Assembly: GCA_043825735.1 (NCBI GenBank)
Contig: JBDRRP010000121.1
Span: 1-64,000 of the forward strand
Length of the DNA stretch: 64,000 nucleotides
Reading direction: 5' to 3'
From: Pseudomonadota bacterium
Lineage (GTDB): Bacteria > Desulfobacterota > Desulfobacteria > Desulfobacterales > JBDRRP01
The position numbers were made by a program, and so were the translations under genes. Each line of letters starts with the position of its first letter. The first letter of the stretch is position 1. The notes below the pieces were generated by a model. The model was not told the origin of the DNA and did not search any database. It saw nothing but the letters and a program-made list of their open reading frames with translations. Positions 29,711-42,780 of the stretch are shown in pieces.

Positions 29711-29856
29711 CAAATCGAAATCGGGATCGCTATCGAAATCGAACCGTCATTGGCGGTGGCGCGAACACGGCGAGAGCCCCCCAAGGCTGCCGCCATTAAT
29801 CGGCCAGTCCCCGGCTGTATAAATCGATTTCGATTCTGATAGCGGTTTCGATTCTG
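29711..29856. repeat. Hexamer-period inverted arms (AATCGA/TCGATT type)
   Basis: AAATCGAAATCGGGATCGCTATCGAAATCGAA ... ATCGATTTCGATTCTGATAGCGGTTTCGATTCTGA; same type at 8862-8938 and 31222-31322. Confidence 0.75.
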
Positions 29857-29896
29857 AGGAAATCAACCGCCGGTGAAAAGGATGGATGGACACGAT

Positions 29897-31084
29897 CTAT
29901 GATTGAACGGCTTCCAGCGCATCCACCGCCGGCAGGGATTTTCCTTCCATGAGATGTAAAAATGCGCCGCCGCCGGTGGAAATATAGGTGATCCGCTGGG
30001 CCTGCCCGGATTTATGGACGGCCACATCGGTATCCCCGCCCCCCACGATGGTCAGTGCCCCGGAATCGGCGACATTGTGCACCATCTGCATGGTCCCATG
30101 GCTAAAGGGCTCCATCTCAAAGACCCCCATGGGGCCGTTCCAGATAATGGTGCCGGCATCGGCCAACACCTCGTTAAACAAGGTCACTGAGGCCGGGCCG
30201 ATGTCCAGGGCCATCCACCCGTCGGGGATTTCCTGAACCGGCACGATGCGCGTGGCTGCCTTCTCGCTGAAGGCATCTGCCACGACAACGTCCACAGGCA
30301 GATAGAAGGCGATCCCCATCGCGGCCGCTTTGCTCATGATGGCGCCGGCCACATCCACCAGATCCGCTTCCACGGTGGAATTTCCGGTGCCGATGCCCTG
30401 GCTCTTGAGAAACGTGTTGGCCATGGCCCCACCAATGATGAACTTATTGACATGATTGATCATGTTCTCCAGGGCGCCCAGCTTGCTGGAAACCTTGGCG
30501 CCGCCGATGATGGCCACCAGGGGGCGTTCGGGCTCGGCCATGGCCTTCCTGAAATAGTCCATTTCCGTCTGCAGCAGAAAACCGGCTCCGGCGGTGCGCA
30601 CATGCCGGGTAATGGCTTCAACCGAGGCTTCGGCACGGTGGGAAACGGCAAACGCGTCGTTGATGTAGACATCGCAAAGAGCGGCCAGCTGCCCGGCAAA
30701 CGACGCATCGTTGGCCCCCTCCTCCGGATGGAAGCGCAGGTTCTCCAGAAGCAGGATCTCGCCAATGGCCAGATCATCGACCATGGCCGCCACCTCGGGG
30801 CCGATGCAGTCCGGGGCCATCTTCACCTGGCATTTGAGCAGACGCCCCAGCCGCTTGGCCACGGGGGCCAGGCTCATCTGGGGGACCCGCTTGCCTTTGG
30901 GGCGTCCCAGATGGGAAGCCAGGATCAGCCGGGCACCGTGATCCATGGCGTATCTGATGGTGGGAAGCACGGCGTTGATGCGCGTGTCGTCGGTGATGTT
31001 CTGGTCGCTGTCCAAGGGGACATTGAAGTCCACCCGAATGAGCACCCGCCGGCCGGAAAGATCGATGTCTTTGATGGTTTTCAT
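29897..31084 (-). CDS. pgk: Phosphoglycerate kinase
   Basis: [47 protein letters not shown]; start MKTIKD at 31084. Confidence 0.97.
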   Translation of the reverse strand: MKTIKDIDLSGRRVLIRVDFNVPLDSDQNITDDTRINAVLPTIRYAMDHGARLILASHLGRPKGKRVPQMSLAPVAKRLGRLLKCQVKMAPDCIGPEVAAMVDDLAIGEILLLENLRFHPEEGANDASFAGQLAALCDVYINDAFAVSHRAEASVEAITRHVRTAGAGFLLQTEMDYFRKAMAEPERPLVAIIGGAKVSSKLGALENMINHVNKFIIGGAMANTFLKSQGIGTGNSTVEADLVDVAGAIMSKAAAMGIAFYLPVDVVVADAFSEKAATRIVPVQEIPDGWMALDIGPASVTLFNEVLADAGTIIWNGPMGVFEMEPFSHGTMQMVHNVADSGALTIVGGGDTDVAVHKSGQAQRITYISTGGGAFLHLMEGKSLPAVDALEAVQS

Positions 31085-31114
31085 GGCGCAAGCCTCCCTA
31101 TTACCCTTATTGAT

Positions 31115-31322
31115 TACCACGAAGTTCACGAAGGACACGAAGGTGTAACACCCCCCTTGTCTTCTGGATTTGCTTCGTGCATTTCGTGGTGACGATATCC
31201 ATGCTACGGATTGGGTTTGTCGCAATTCGCTATCGGTATCGAAATCGATTTCCTGTGCGCCCGCACAGTTTCGTATTTAGCTTACACGTCGTTACGATTC
31301 CGATAGCGATCCCGATTCGATG
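31115..31322. repeat. CACGAAG nonamer inverted arms followed by hexamer arms
   Basis: ACCACGAAGTTCACGAAGGACACGAAG (identical to 1331-1357) ... CTTCGTGCATTTCGTGGT; then TATCGGTATCGAAATCG / CGATTCCGATAGCGATCCCGAT. Confidence 0.8.
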
Positions 31323-31345
31323 TGGATCACCCCTCGCAGCGGGTG

Positions 31346-31609
31346 TCACTCATCGCCGGGAGTTTTCTTACGGCTCAACGCTTTCCGCCGAGACCACCGT
31401 GAAACGAAACCGATCATACCGGCGTGATAGGCCCGGTCAACGCATTCCATTTTTACCGTCACCCCTTCAGCGCTTTTTACAGCCGCCCTCAGGCAGGCCG
31501 TTTTGCAGCGGCACACCGAGCACGATTCCGGTGTGTGGCGCAGGCCGTCATCGCCCATGGGGAATACGTTTTCCAGTTTGGCAAAGCAATAGGGGTTGTC
31601 GGTGGGCAT
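31346..31609 (-). CDS. Small Cys-rich hypothetical protein (87 aa), possible metal-binding
   Basis: MPTDNPYCF...ESCSVCRCKTAC; SD GGAGG upstream of ATG 31609. Confidence 0.6.
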   Translation of the reverse strand: MPTDNPYCFAKLENVFPMGDDGLRHTPESCSVCRCKTACLRAAVKSAEGVTVKMECVDRAYHAGMIGFVSRWSRRKALSRKKTPGDE

Positions 31610-31658
31610 TTTCCTCCCGGGGCTTGTACACCGCCGGAGTCTCGGCCCCGGCAGGGGG

Positions 31659-32435
31659 TCAGTCCATGAGCTTGCGTTCAAAATCGGCGTGCATGGTTGA
31701 GATGATGCCGTTGTCTGCAAAACTATAATATCGATGCCCGCCGATGACAATATGCTCGTGCACCCGGATATCCAGAAGGCGGCAGGCAAACACCAGTCGA
31801 CGTGTGATCGCCACATCCTCGGGAGATGGATCGGGCACTTGCGACGGGTGGTTGTGGGCGAATATCACTGCGGCCGCTTTGCGCTCAAGCGCGTTTTTCA
31901 CCACCTCCCGGGGATAGACCGCACTGGCTGTCAGCGTTCCTTCGAAAAGCAAATCGGTTCCCGTCACCTGGTTTTTGGCATCCAGGAAAACGGCCATAAA
32001 GCATTCCCGGTCTTTTCCCTGGAGCAGGTGCACCAGATAATCGTAGAGTTCGCGCGAGTTGCCCAAAACGGGACGCCCCATGAGCCGCTGGGCGAGATAG
32101 CGGTCGGCCACTGCCGTGATCAGCTTGATTCCCAGGATGTTTTGCGGCCCGAGACCGGGCACCTGACAAAGGGCGGCACCACCGGCGTCCAGAACGCCGT
32201 TGAGTGAGCCGAAATGGTCCATGGCCGCCTTGGCCGCCGGCTTGCAATCTTTGCGCGGCGTGCCGAGCGTCAGCAGGAGTTCGATGATTTCATAGTCGTG
32301 GAATCCGTCCAGACCCGATTTCAGAAACCGCTCCCGGAGCCGCTGGCGGTGACCGGCCGAGCCCTTCGCCGCCGAGGCCGGAGGCCTTATGGATTTTTCT
32401 GATTCAGGTGCCATGGGGCGGGTTCCGTGATGCAT
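31659..32435 (-). CDS. radC: RadC/UPF0758 JAB-domain protein
   Basis: GHRQRLRERFL, YEIIELLL, GTLTASAVYPREV, AHNHPS...SPED, HEHIVIG; start could be 32414. Confidence 0.92.
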   Translation of the reverse strand: MHHGTRPMAPESEKSIRPPASAAKGSAGHRQRLRERFLKSGLDGFHDYEIIELLLTLGTPRKDCKPAAKAAMDHFGSLNGVLDAGGAALCQVPGLGPQNILGIKLITAVADRYLAQRLMGRPVLGNSRELYDYLVHLLQGKDRECFMAVFLDAKNQVTGTDLLFEGTLTASAVYPREVVKNALERKAAAVIFAHNHPSQVPDPSPEDVAITRRLVFACRLLDIRVHEHIVIGGHRYYSFADNGIISTMHADFERKLMD

Positions 32436-32469
32436 AATGCGCCAGTGGGGTTCACCACTGAGTGAAATT

Positions 32470-32654
32470 TCACCACGAGAACACGGAGCGCACGGAGGTT
32501 TTTAACCCAAAAAAGAATATTTCTCGCGCAGAGGCGCGGAGACGCAGAGAACTGCGGGCAATTGAATTGCGCAAGTGCTTTTCCCTGCGCCTCTGCGCCT
32601 CTGCGGAAGATATGAATTATAAAATCTCCGTGTCCTCCGTGTACTCCGTGGTGA
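32470..32654. repeat. Nested inverted-arm element (CGCAGAG arms inside CACGGAG arms)
   Basis: Outer CACGGAG... / ...CTCCGTG x3; inner CGCAGAG x3 / CTCTGCG x3. Confidence 0.85.
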
Positions 32655-32663
32655 TAAAAACCA

Positions 32664-33722
32664 TTATCCGCCGTTGTTGACGGAAGGATCGATGTCGTAG
32701 CGCTCGTGTTTGAGGTCCCGGGACATCAACCGGATCAATGCCTCCCGAGGGCTGGTGTCCTCGTGCAGGATCTTGTAAATCTCATGGGAAATGGGCATGT
32801 CCACGCCGAGGCGGCGTGAGAGGTTATAGACGGACTTGGCCGTCTTGACCCCTTCGGCGACCATCCGCATTTCAGCAAGGATCTCGGCAAGGGTCATCCC
32901 TTCGCCGATTTTTTTACCCACCATGTGATTGCGGCTAAGATCTCCGGTACAGGTCAGAATCAAATCCCCCACGCCGGAAGGGCCGGTGAATGTGTCCGGG
33001 TTGGCACCAAGCTGTTGCCCGAGCCGCCGGATCTCGGCCAATCCGCGGGTGATCAGGGCGGCGCGGGTGTTGAGGCCGAGTTGCATGCCGTCGATAATGC
33101 CGGCGGCGATGGCGATGACGTTTTTCACCGCTCCCCCCAGTTCCACACCAATGATGTCTTCGCTGGTGTAAACGCGAAAGTAGGGGGTAGCGAACACGTG
33201 CTGAATCTGCTCGGCCTGGATACTATCGGTAGCGGCCAGGGTCACCACGGTCGGTGCCATGGCCGCCACTTCCTTGGCGAAACTGGGACCCGAGAGCACC
33301 GCGATACGCCGCGGCCCGATGGCGGGCAGCGTCTCGGCAAGAATGCCGGACATCGTGAGGTGCGTCTGGTTTTCGATGCCTTTGGAGGCGGAAACGACGA
33401 TGGTGGCGTCGTCGATAAAAGGGGCCATCTGGGATGACACGCCGCGCATGACATGGGAGGGCACCACCACGAGGACAAGGTCCTTGCGACGCACCACCGC
33501 GGCGATATCGGTGGAGGGTGTCAGATTCTCCGACAATCGGACGCCCGGCAAAAACACCGTGTTCTCACGGTGATCTCGCACCTGTGCGCAGATTTCCGGT
33601 TCGAAGATCCACCAGTCTACGAGGTATCCTTTAAGGGCTAAAAGATTGGCCAGGGCAGTCCCCCAACTGCCCCCCCCCACGACGCCGATGCGCCATGCCG
33701 CAATGTCGTTTTCAGTCTGCAT
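32664..33722 (-). CDS. gpsA: NAD(P)H-dependent glycerol-3-phosphate dehydrogenase
   Basis: GGGSWGTALA, ASKGIE, LSGPSFA, GAVKNVIAIAAG, GDLILTC...SRN, AEGVKT. Confidence 0.96.
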   Translation of the reverse strand: MQTENDIAAWRIGVVGGGSWGTALANLLALKGYLVDWWIFEPEICAQVRDHRENTVFLPGVRLSENLTPSTDIAAVVRRKDLVLVVVPSHVMRGVSSQMAPFIDDATIVVSASKGIENQTHLTMSGILAETLPAIGPRRIAVLSGPSFAKEVAAMAPTVVTLAATDSIQAEQIQHVFATPYFRVYTSEDIIGVELGGAVKNVIAIAAGIIDGMQLGLNTRAALITRGLAEIRRLGQQLGANPDTFTGPSGVGDLILTCTGDLSRNHMVGKKIGEGMTLAEILAEMRMVAEGVKTAKSVYNLSRRLGVDMPISHEIYKILHEDTSPREALIRLMSRDLKHERYDIDPSVNNGG

Positions 33723-33734
33723 GATTCCAATCCG

Positions 33735-36203
<2,469 letters not shown>

Positions 36204-36325
36204 AGATTAAAGACCTGTTTTGTGGCGTGGCCCGGCACACGCTGTGGCCGGGCTATGGGTGTCACCGTCTGCCAACCCGCGGCAACGGCATCGGATCGGG
36301 AAAAGGCCCGCCCCCTTGAGGATCG

Positions 36326-37423
36326 TCACGCCCGGTCCTCTTGCGGATCAGGCGATGCCTCCTCAACCATGCGCTGGTAATTGGCGTGATAGATGTCTGT
36401 GAGCGTGAGAAACCCGGTCACCACCAGTGGACCGTAGATGATGCCCAGGATGCCGAATAGCTTTAATCCGCCCAGTATCGCCAGAAACACCAGCAAAGTG
36501 TGCATCTTCACCCGGTGCCCGACGATTTTCGGCTTCAATATGTATTCCACCCCTCCTGAAAGAACAATATAAAAAAAGATAAAGCATATGCCCGCCAGGA
36601 TGCGCCCTTTGAGCACCAGGAGAATCGCTGCCGGTACGAAAACGATGCCGATACCCACGATGGGCAGGAACGCGAGAAGCCCCATGATGACCCCCCAGAG
36701 GATTGCCGAAGGTATGCCGGCCAGGGAAAACGCCAGACCGCCCGCGATGCCCTGGATTAGTCCGCAGACCCCGTTGCCCACGAGCACCGCCCCGGCCATG
36801 TCCTTGAACTTCTCGATCAACTGGATGTCCTCGTCATTGGGCATGGGGGACAGTTCCACAATGAACGTCATCAGACGATCACCGTCCATGAGCAGATAGT
36901 AGACCACGAGGATCATTAATAAGAAATAAACCACGAAATTGAGCACGTTGGAGGCAATGGCACTGGCCTGCTGGTAAAGAAAAAGGCCCACCACCTTGCC
37001 GCTCTCGGATAAGGCGCGGTTGACCTGCTCGGCGCTGAACTGGATATTGAACGCCGCCAGATAATCGTTTGCCAGTTCCACGGCACGGTTGTTTTCCAGA
37101 AGCTGACGCACCTGGTCGTTCAGAGCGGCGTTCTTTCCCATGAGATAAAGCCCGTAGGCCTCCTTTGACAGCACACCCACGAGAAGAACGGTTGGGATAA
37201 AAACGATCACCAGAATGAGCAGACATGTCAGCAGGGAGGCGGGGGTATCGCCGATCCGAGCCGCGAGATACCGAAAGGCGGGTTTGAACAGACCGGTAAC
37301 AACCGCGCCCAGTACCAGAACGGACACAAAAGGCCAGAGCAGTTTTCCCAGAAGGTACATGGAGACCAGGAAAAGGGCGAGAAAAAACCAGAAGAGGGCT
37401 TTGGAGGAAGCGTGCTGCTCCAT
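36326..37423 (-). CDS. AI-2E family (PerM/YdiK-like) transporter
   Basis: Multi-TM; YYLLMDG, LAFLPIVG, YILKPKIVG, GGLKLFGILGIIYGP; start MEQH at 37423. Confidence 0.88.
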   Translation of the reverse strand: MEQHASSKALFWFFLALFLVSMYLLGKLLWPFVSVLVLGAVVTGLFKPAFRYLAARIGDTPASLLTCLLILVIVFIPTVLLVGVLSKEAYGLYLMGKNAALNDQVRQLLENNRAVELANDYLAAFNIQFSAEQVNRALSESGKVVGLFLYQQASAIASNVLNFVVYFLLMILVVYYLLMDGDRLMTFIVELSPMPNDEDIQLIEKFKDMAGAVLVGNGVCGLIQGIAGGLAFSLAGIPSAILWGVIMGLLAFLPIVGIGIVFVPAAILLVLKGRILAGICFIFFYIVLSGGVEYILKPKIVGHRVKMHTLLVFLAILGGLKLFGILGIIYGPLVVTGFLTLTDIYHANYQRMVEEASPDPQEDRA

Positions 37424-37555
37424 TTTCGATCTCACGGCAAGTGGCGACATCCGCGAGGCGCCGCAGCGTCCACAGTGCCACCGGTTGGGTCGGCAGTAGG
37501 CAGGACTGCGCGCGGATCCCGACGGCCACAGGGAAACAGTATCGCGCCAAACAGC

Positions 37556-37597
37556 CAAAAGCCGGCCACGGCGGCGGCAACCGCGCCGTGGCCGGCC
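37556..37597 (-). terminator. Rho-independent terminator
   Basis: GCCGGCCACGGCG/CGCCGTGGCCGGC stem followed by a U-tract on -. Confidence 0.6.
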
Positions 37598-37633
37598 GGA
37601 TGACAGGTGACGTCTCTGAAGACGCTGACAGTG

Positions 37634-37792
37634 TTATTTGCTGATCAGGCCGCCTGCGAAGGTATACAGGAGGACTTCATAAACGGCGACGGCGACATAA
37701 TTGCCATGGGTGGCCCAATAGACAATCCCGCCGCCAACGATGGCAGGCACACCACAAAACACCATGATTCCGAGCTTCCTGCTGATGTCCAT
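37634..37792 (-). CDS. Small two-TM membrane protein (52 aa), absent from the ORF track
   Basis: MDISRKLGIMVFCGVPAIVGGGIVYWATHGNYVAVAVYEVLLYTFAGGLISK*; SD AAGGAGG 8 nt upstream; terminator downstream. Confidence 0.7.
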   Translation of the reverse strand: MDISRKLGIMVFCGVPAIVGGGIVYWATHGNYVAVAVYEVLLYTFAGGLISK

Positions 37793-37920
37793 CCCTCATG
37801 CCTCCTTCAAGCGATTGCGTTTCACGCTTCAGCGGATGTCTCAATCACCCGCAAACCGTTTAAACGAGCGAATATTAACAAAAAACGCTAATAGAGTAAA
37901 GATGCAAATAGGCGCCGCGG

Positions 37921-39207
37921 TTACCGTTCGATGATCATGGCCATCCCCATCCCGCCGCCGATGCACATACTCACCAAGCCGGTGCTGTAGCCCTTGCGAA
38001 CCATCTGGTTCATGCCCGTGACCATTTGCCGCGCACCGGTGGCGCCGATGGGGTGACCCAGCGAGATGCCGGAGCCCATTTCGTTGGGCTTGTCGACGGG
38101 GATGCCCAGTTCCTTCATACAACCGATGGCCTGAGCGGCGAATGCCTCGTTGAGTTCAATGAGCTGGATGTCGCCGATCTGCATACCGGCAGTGGCCAGG
38201 GCTCGGCGGATGGCCGGCACCGGCCCGATCCCCATGTAGGCGGGATCGACGCCGCCGGAGGCAACCGCGGTGATCCGGACCACCGGGGTCAGTCCCAAGG
38301 CCTTCGCCTTTTCGGCGCTCATGAGCAGCACGGCCGCGGCACCGTCATTGATTCCCGACGCATTGCCAGCCGTCACGGACCCGTCTTTTTTGAACACCGG
38401 CTTGAGGGCGGCCATTTTCTCAATGCTGGTATCCATGGGACGCTCGTCGGTATCGAATACCGTCTCGCCTTTGCGGGAGGTCATGATCACCGGGAGAATC
38501 TCCTGGGCGAAACGGCCGTCACGGATCGCCGCCATGGCGCGCTGGTGGCTGAGCACCCCCAGTTCATCCTGCTCCTGGCGCCCGATGCCATAAGCCGCGG
38601 CAATGTTTTCGGCGGTCACCCCCATGTGGTATCCGTAAAAAATCTCATAGAGTCCATCATAGACCATAAGATCGGTGACCTCCCCAACGCCGGTCAACTC
38701 CATCCGGTGACCCCACCGAGCCTTGGGCAGCGCCATGGGGGCCTGACTCATGGACTCCTGGCCACCGGCAAGCACGACATCGGCCTGTCCGGTCATAATG
38801 GACGCCGCGCCGATGGCGATCGCTTTGAGTCCGGACCCGCAGACCTTGTTGATCGTAAACGCCGGGGTTTCCTTGGGGATACCGGCGCGGATCATGGCCT
38901 GACGGGCGGGATTCTGCCCAAGGCCTGCCTGCAGCACGTTGCCCATAACGACCTCATCGATGCTGACGGGGGTTGCTCCGGCATCCCAGGCGCCGGCCCG
39001 GGTTTCCAACTCGATGGGGCCCTGGTCCTTGAAACGATCCGGGACCACCGAGCCAAAGGCCTCCCCTACCACCGGCCGCAGGTTCAACTGACGCAGCAGG
39101 CCACGCATAACCGTAGCCCCCAGTTCCACTGCGGAAACCGTTTTCAGAGCGCCGCCGAAACTGCCCACGGCGGTACGCATTCCACCGACAATCACAACTT
39201 CTTTCAT
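37921..39207 (-). CDS. Acetyl-CoA C-acetyltransferase (thiolase)
   Basis: GNVLQAGLGQNPARQ, NKVCGSG, TAGNASGINDGAA, NEAF, GHPIGATG, CIGGG. Confidence 0.95.
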   Translation of the reverse strand: MKEVVIVGGMRTAVGSFGGALKTVSAVELGATVMRGLLRQLNLRPVVGEAFGSVVPDRFKDQGPIELETRAGAWDAGATPVSIDEVVMGNVLQAGLGQNPARQAMIRAGIPKETPAFTINKVCGSGLKAIAIGAASIMTGQADVVLAGGQESMSQAPMALPKARWGHRMELTGVGEVTDLMVYDGLYEIFYGYHMGVTAENIAAAYGIGRQEQDELGVLSHQRAMAAIRDGRFAQEILPVIMTSRKGETVFDTDERPMDTSIEKMAALKPVFKKDGSVTAGNASGINDGAAAVLLMSAEKAKALGLTPVVRITAVASGGVDPAYMGIGPVPAIRRALATAGMQIGDIQLIELNEAFAAQAIGCMKELGIPVDKPNEMGSGISLGHPIGATGARQMVTGMNQMVRKGYSTGLVSMCIGGGMGMAMIIER

Positions 39208-39433
39208 AATTACACTCTCCCTCCCTGTTGATTTACCAAGCCAAGGCACCTATGGTGCGCTCAGTTGCTTTTCGTTGCCGGTAATCGTAATCGAAAATGG
39301 CCTAATGCCTTACTGGTAAGCCCCCATCGTTTTCAGGGAACTTAAAAAACGCAGCTCTGGGCCAGAAGATGCCGTTTATGGGCGGACACTGGTTAACACA
39401 ACAGCCGAAGTCGGGTCAACGGGTGCAGCCGCC

Positions 39434-40222
39434 ATGTGTCTTGTTTTTTTCGCCTACTCACACCATCCGGACTACCGGGTCATTCTTGCGGCCAACCGCG
39501 ATGAATTCTATCACCGCCCCACGGATCCCATGGCTTTCTGGTCAGACGCCCCGGACATTCTGGCCGGAAGGGATCTGGAGGCCGGCGGCACGTGGCTGGG
39601 CATTCATCGCAGTGGACGTTGGGCTGCGCTCACCAACTACCGGGACCCGGCCGCCCACCGCAGCGACGCCACATCCCGGGGAGCACTGATCGGCCGCTTC
39701 CTGTCCGGACGGAAAACGGCGATGGATTACGTGGCGGGCGTGTCCGCAGCGACGGCACGCTACAACGGCTTCAACCTGGTGGTGGACGACGGTCGCAGCC
39801 TGGCCTATCTGGACAGCCGCACGGCGCGCCCCAGAGAGCTGGGGCCCGGGATTTACGGGCTGAGCAATCACCTGCTGGACACCCCGTGGCCGAAGGTTTC
39901 CAATGGCAAACGCCGTTTCGAGCGTCTGGTGGCATCCGAAACGGTCTCCACGGCAAAGATGATGACCCTGCTGGCGGATCGCCGGGTGCCGCCGGACGCG
40001 GCGCTTCCCGACACGGGGGTGGGCCTTGAATGGGAGCGGCGGCTGGGGCCGATATTTATCGCATCGCCGGATTACGGCACCCGCTGCAGTTCGGTGCTGC
40101 GCATCACCAACAGCGGCCGGGTGGAGGTCGCGGAACGGTCCTACCAGATCACCCAGGGCGCCGTGTCAGGAACCAAGGATCGCCGGTTCGCGTTTCAGGT
40201 CTCTGGCGGTGGCGGGTTTTAG
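39434..40222 (+). CDS. NRDE/TANGO2 family protein
   Basis: MCL N-terminus, ANRDEF..RP, GRDLEAGGTW, SRG, LSN..LDTPWPK, YGTR. Confidence 0.92.
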   Translation: MCLVFFAYSHHPDYRVILAANRDEFYHRPTDPMAFWSDAPDILAGRDLEAGGTWLGIHRSGRWAALTNYRDPAAHRSDATSRGALIGRFLSGRKTAMDYVAGVSAATARYNGFNLVVDDGRSLAYLDSRTARPRELGPGIYGLSNHLLDTPWPKVSNGKRRFERLVASETVSTAKMMTLLADRRVPPDAALPDTGVGLEWERRLGPIFIASPDYGTRCSSVLRITNSGRVEVAERSYQITQGAVSGTKDRRFAFQVSGGGGF

Positions 40223-40342
40223 TGTCGTTTCCTACCGATATGACGCACTCCCGATGGTGTCGTCCCGAATGCCTGCTTCCTGCGACAAGCTCAATGTCGA
40301 TCATCGGGATTCTCAACAACATTTGAGCATCGTGTTGTTTTT

Positions 40343-40378
40343 CACTCGAATCCTTGGACCCTCGGACCCTTGGCCCCT
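40343..40378. repeat. Octamer-period arm (CCCTYGRM)
   Basis: TTGTTTTTCACTCGAATCCTTGGACCCTCGGACCCTTGGCCCC, near-identical to 50985-51028. Confidence 0.7.
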
Positions 40379-41303
40379 ATCCTTCGCTGTTGATGGCCTC
40401 GAGCACCTCCGCGACAACTCGATCGGCCTCGCCATATGGCACCTGACAGGTGCCCACGGCCTTATGCCCTCCGCCACCATAGGTAAACATCAGCGCGCCC
40501 ACATCCACCGTGGAGGAGCGGTTGATGACACTGTGGCCCACCGAAATGACAGCCCGTTCCCGGTGCCTTCCGTCCATGACCCGCACCGAAATATTCTTGT
40601 CCGGAAACACCACGTACTCCAGAAAACGGTTTCCACTAGGGATGTCTTCCATGCCGCGAAAGTCAAGCAAAATGGCATTGCCTCGAATCCTGGCATTGGC
40701 GAGGAGAAATTTTTTATAACGCTGGTTTTCTTCCCGATAGACCACCACGCGATCGGCAAAATCGGGCATGGAGAGAATGGTTTCGGCATCCTGGGTGCGA
40801 AGGAGTTCCGGCAGGCGCCGCATGAGCTCGAAATTGCTCACCGTAAAATCCTTTTTCAATCCAAGCCCGGTGCGGGGGTCGGCAATGAAGGCCAACAGCA
40901 TCCAGCCTTGGGGATCAAGGATGTCCACCTCGGTAAACTGGGCTGCATCGGCGATGTCCACCACCATCAGCAACTCATCGAATCTGGCCAGTTTGCCGGC
41001 ATGTGCCGGGTCCTTGCCATAGTAATTGGCGATAACCCGGGCGGCACTGGGTTCCGGCTCACAGGCCCCTTGAAATTGGCCGTGAAGTTCGAGACGCTGC
41101 CCCTCGCTGGAGTGGTGATCAAACCAGAGCCCGCATCCCTTCACAAAAGGGACGTTGGCCAGCACATCATCGGTGGTTACCGCCACCTTGCCGTCCTGAA
41201 CGTCCTTTGGATGGACAAAAAGGATATCATCGATGATGCCGAGCTCCTGCAAAATTGCAGCGCACACCAGCCCGTCGAAATCGGAACGCGTGATCAGTCT
41301 CAT
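40377..41303 (-). CDS. DHH-family phosphoesterase (often annotated exopolyphosphatase-like)
   Basis: RLITRSDFDGLVC, HPKDVQ, FDHH, PSAARV, GGGGH. Confidence 0.85.
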   Translation of the reverse strand: MRLITRSDFDGLVCAAILQELGIIDDILFVHPKDVQDGKVAVTTDDVLANVPFVKGCGLWFDHHSSEGQRLELHGQFQGACEPEPSAARVIANYYGKDPAHAGKLARFDELLMVVDIADAAQFTEVDILDPQGWMLLAFIADPRTGLGLKKDFTVSNFELMRRLPELLRTQDAETILSMPDFADRVVVYREENQRYKKFLLANARIRGNAILLDFRGMEDIPSGNRFLEYVVFPDKNISVRVMDGRHRERAVISVGHSVINRSSTVDVGALMFTYGGGGHKAVGTCQVPYGEADRVVAEVLEAINSEG

Positions 41304-41373
41304 AGCGGTTTCTCCTTACCCGTTGACGCGGACACTTGCCCGGCGCTCATGACGCCTGCCCAGCCGGCAGGTA

Positions 41374-42765
41374 TCAGCGTTGCCCCTCATGGGAATTCAG
41401 CGACCGCCGACGGCGCCTGGCTTCCTTCCAGTGCGCCATCCGCTGGCGAATTTTTTTTTCATACCCGAAATCGGAGGGTTCGTAAATTGTTTCATGGGTA
41501 AGCGCCTCGGGCATGTATCGCTGCCCCGAATAGCCGTCGTCGCAGTCGGGATCGTACTGGTAGCCCTTGCCGTAGTCCAGCGTTTTCATCAGCCGGGTGG
41601 GGGCGTTTCGAATATGCAGCGGCACCGGTTGTGCCCCGGTGCGTTCCACAAGGATTTTTGCCCGCTGATAGGCATTGTAGGTCCGGTTGCTCTTGGGTGC
41701 GGTGGCCAGGTACACAGCGGCCTGCACCAGCGCCAGTTCCCCTTCCGGGGTGCCCAGCAACCGATAGGCGGCCAAAGCATCCATGGTAAGCGTCAAGGCG
41801 TAAGGGTCGGCATTTCCCACATCTTCAGAGGCAAACCGGATCATGCGCCGGGCAATGTATCTGGGATCTTCACCTGCGGCGAGCATCCGCGTCAGCCAGT
41901 ACACGGCGGCGTCGGGATCACTGCCGCGCATGCTTTTGTGGAGGGCCGAGATGAGGTTGTAATGCTCCTCACCGGATTTGTCATAACGGACGGCCTTTCG
42001 CTGAAGGGCCCGTTCGACATCCTCCAATGTGATGGCGACAGGGGGGCCGGCCTCGGCTGGCGCATCGACAGCCGATAACGGCCCCGCTACCGACATGTCT
42101 GCGACGATCTCAAGGCTGTTCAGGGCATATCGCAAATCTCCGTCCGCCATCGCCACCAGATGATCCAGGGCTTCGATGGAGAACGTCAGCCCCCGGCCGC
42201 CGATGCCGTTGCGGCGATCGTCGACAGCCCTCTGAAGTACGGCGCGCATGTCCTCGGAAGAAAGCGGCTCCAGGACGATGACCCGGCAGCGGCTCATGAG
42301 GGCGGGAATGACTTCGAAAGAGGGATTTTCCGTGGTGGCGCCGATGAGGGTGATCAGGCCGCTTTCCACATGGTGGAGAAAGGCGTCCTGCTGGGCTTTG
42401 TTGAAGCGGTGGATTTCGTCCACGAACAGGATGGTGCGCCGGTGGTGGTGATGCAACTGCTGCTTGGCATCGGCCACCACTGACCGGATCTCCTTGACCC
42501 CTGAAAGGACGGCGGAAAAAGCCACCACGTGGGCACGCGTCTCCCCGGCGATGATGCGCGCCAGGGTGGTCTTGCCGCAGCCGGGCGGCCCCCAGAAGAT
42601 CATGGAAAAAATGCGGTCGTTTTCGATGGCTGTCCGGATGACAGCACCCGGCCCCACAACGGCCTGCTGGCCGATAAAATCGTCCAGCGCCTTGGGGCGC
42701 ATACGTTCGGCAAGGGGACGCTCGGCTGCCACCGCCTGTCTGCCGGCCTGTTCGAAGAGATCCAC
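41374..42765 (-). CDS. rarA: Replication-associated recombination protein A (RarA/MgsA AAA+ ATPase)
   Basis: [59 protein letters not shown]. Confidence 0.95.
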   Translation of the reverse strand: MDLFEQAGRQAVAAERPLAERMRPKALDDFIGQQAVVGPGAVIRTAIENDRIFSMIFWGPPGCGKTTLARIIAGETRAHVVAFSAVLSGVKEIRSVVADAKQQLHHHHRRTILFVDEIHRFNKAQQDAFLHHVESGLITLIGATTENPSFEVIPALMSRCRVIVLEPLSSEDMRAVLQRAVDDRRNGIGGRGLTFSIEALDHLVAMADGDLRYALNSLEIVADMSVAGPLSAVDAPAEAGPPVAITLEDVERALQRKAVRYDKSGEEHYNLISALHKSMRGSDPDAAVYWLTRMLAAGEDPRYIARRMIRFASEDVGNADPYALTLTMDALAAYRLLGTPEGELALVQAAVYLATAPKSNRTYNAYQRAKILVERTGAQPVPLHIRNAPTRLMKTLDYGKGYQYDPDCDDGYSGQRYMPEALTHETIYEPSDFGYEKKIRQRMAHWKEARRRRRSLNSHEGQR

Positions 42766-42780
42766 GGCGACGGCCTCCGT

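Noticed and set aside
31659..32435. radC as a marker of a mobile element
   Set aside because: Full-length form with N-terminal helical region in a housekeeping gyrA-gpsA-radC-pgk context
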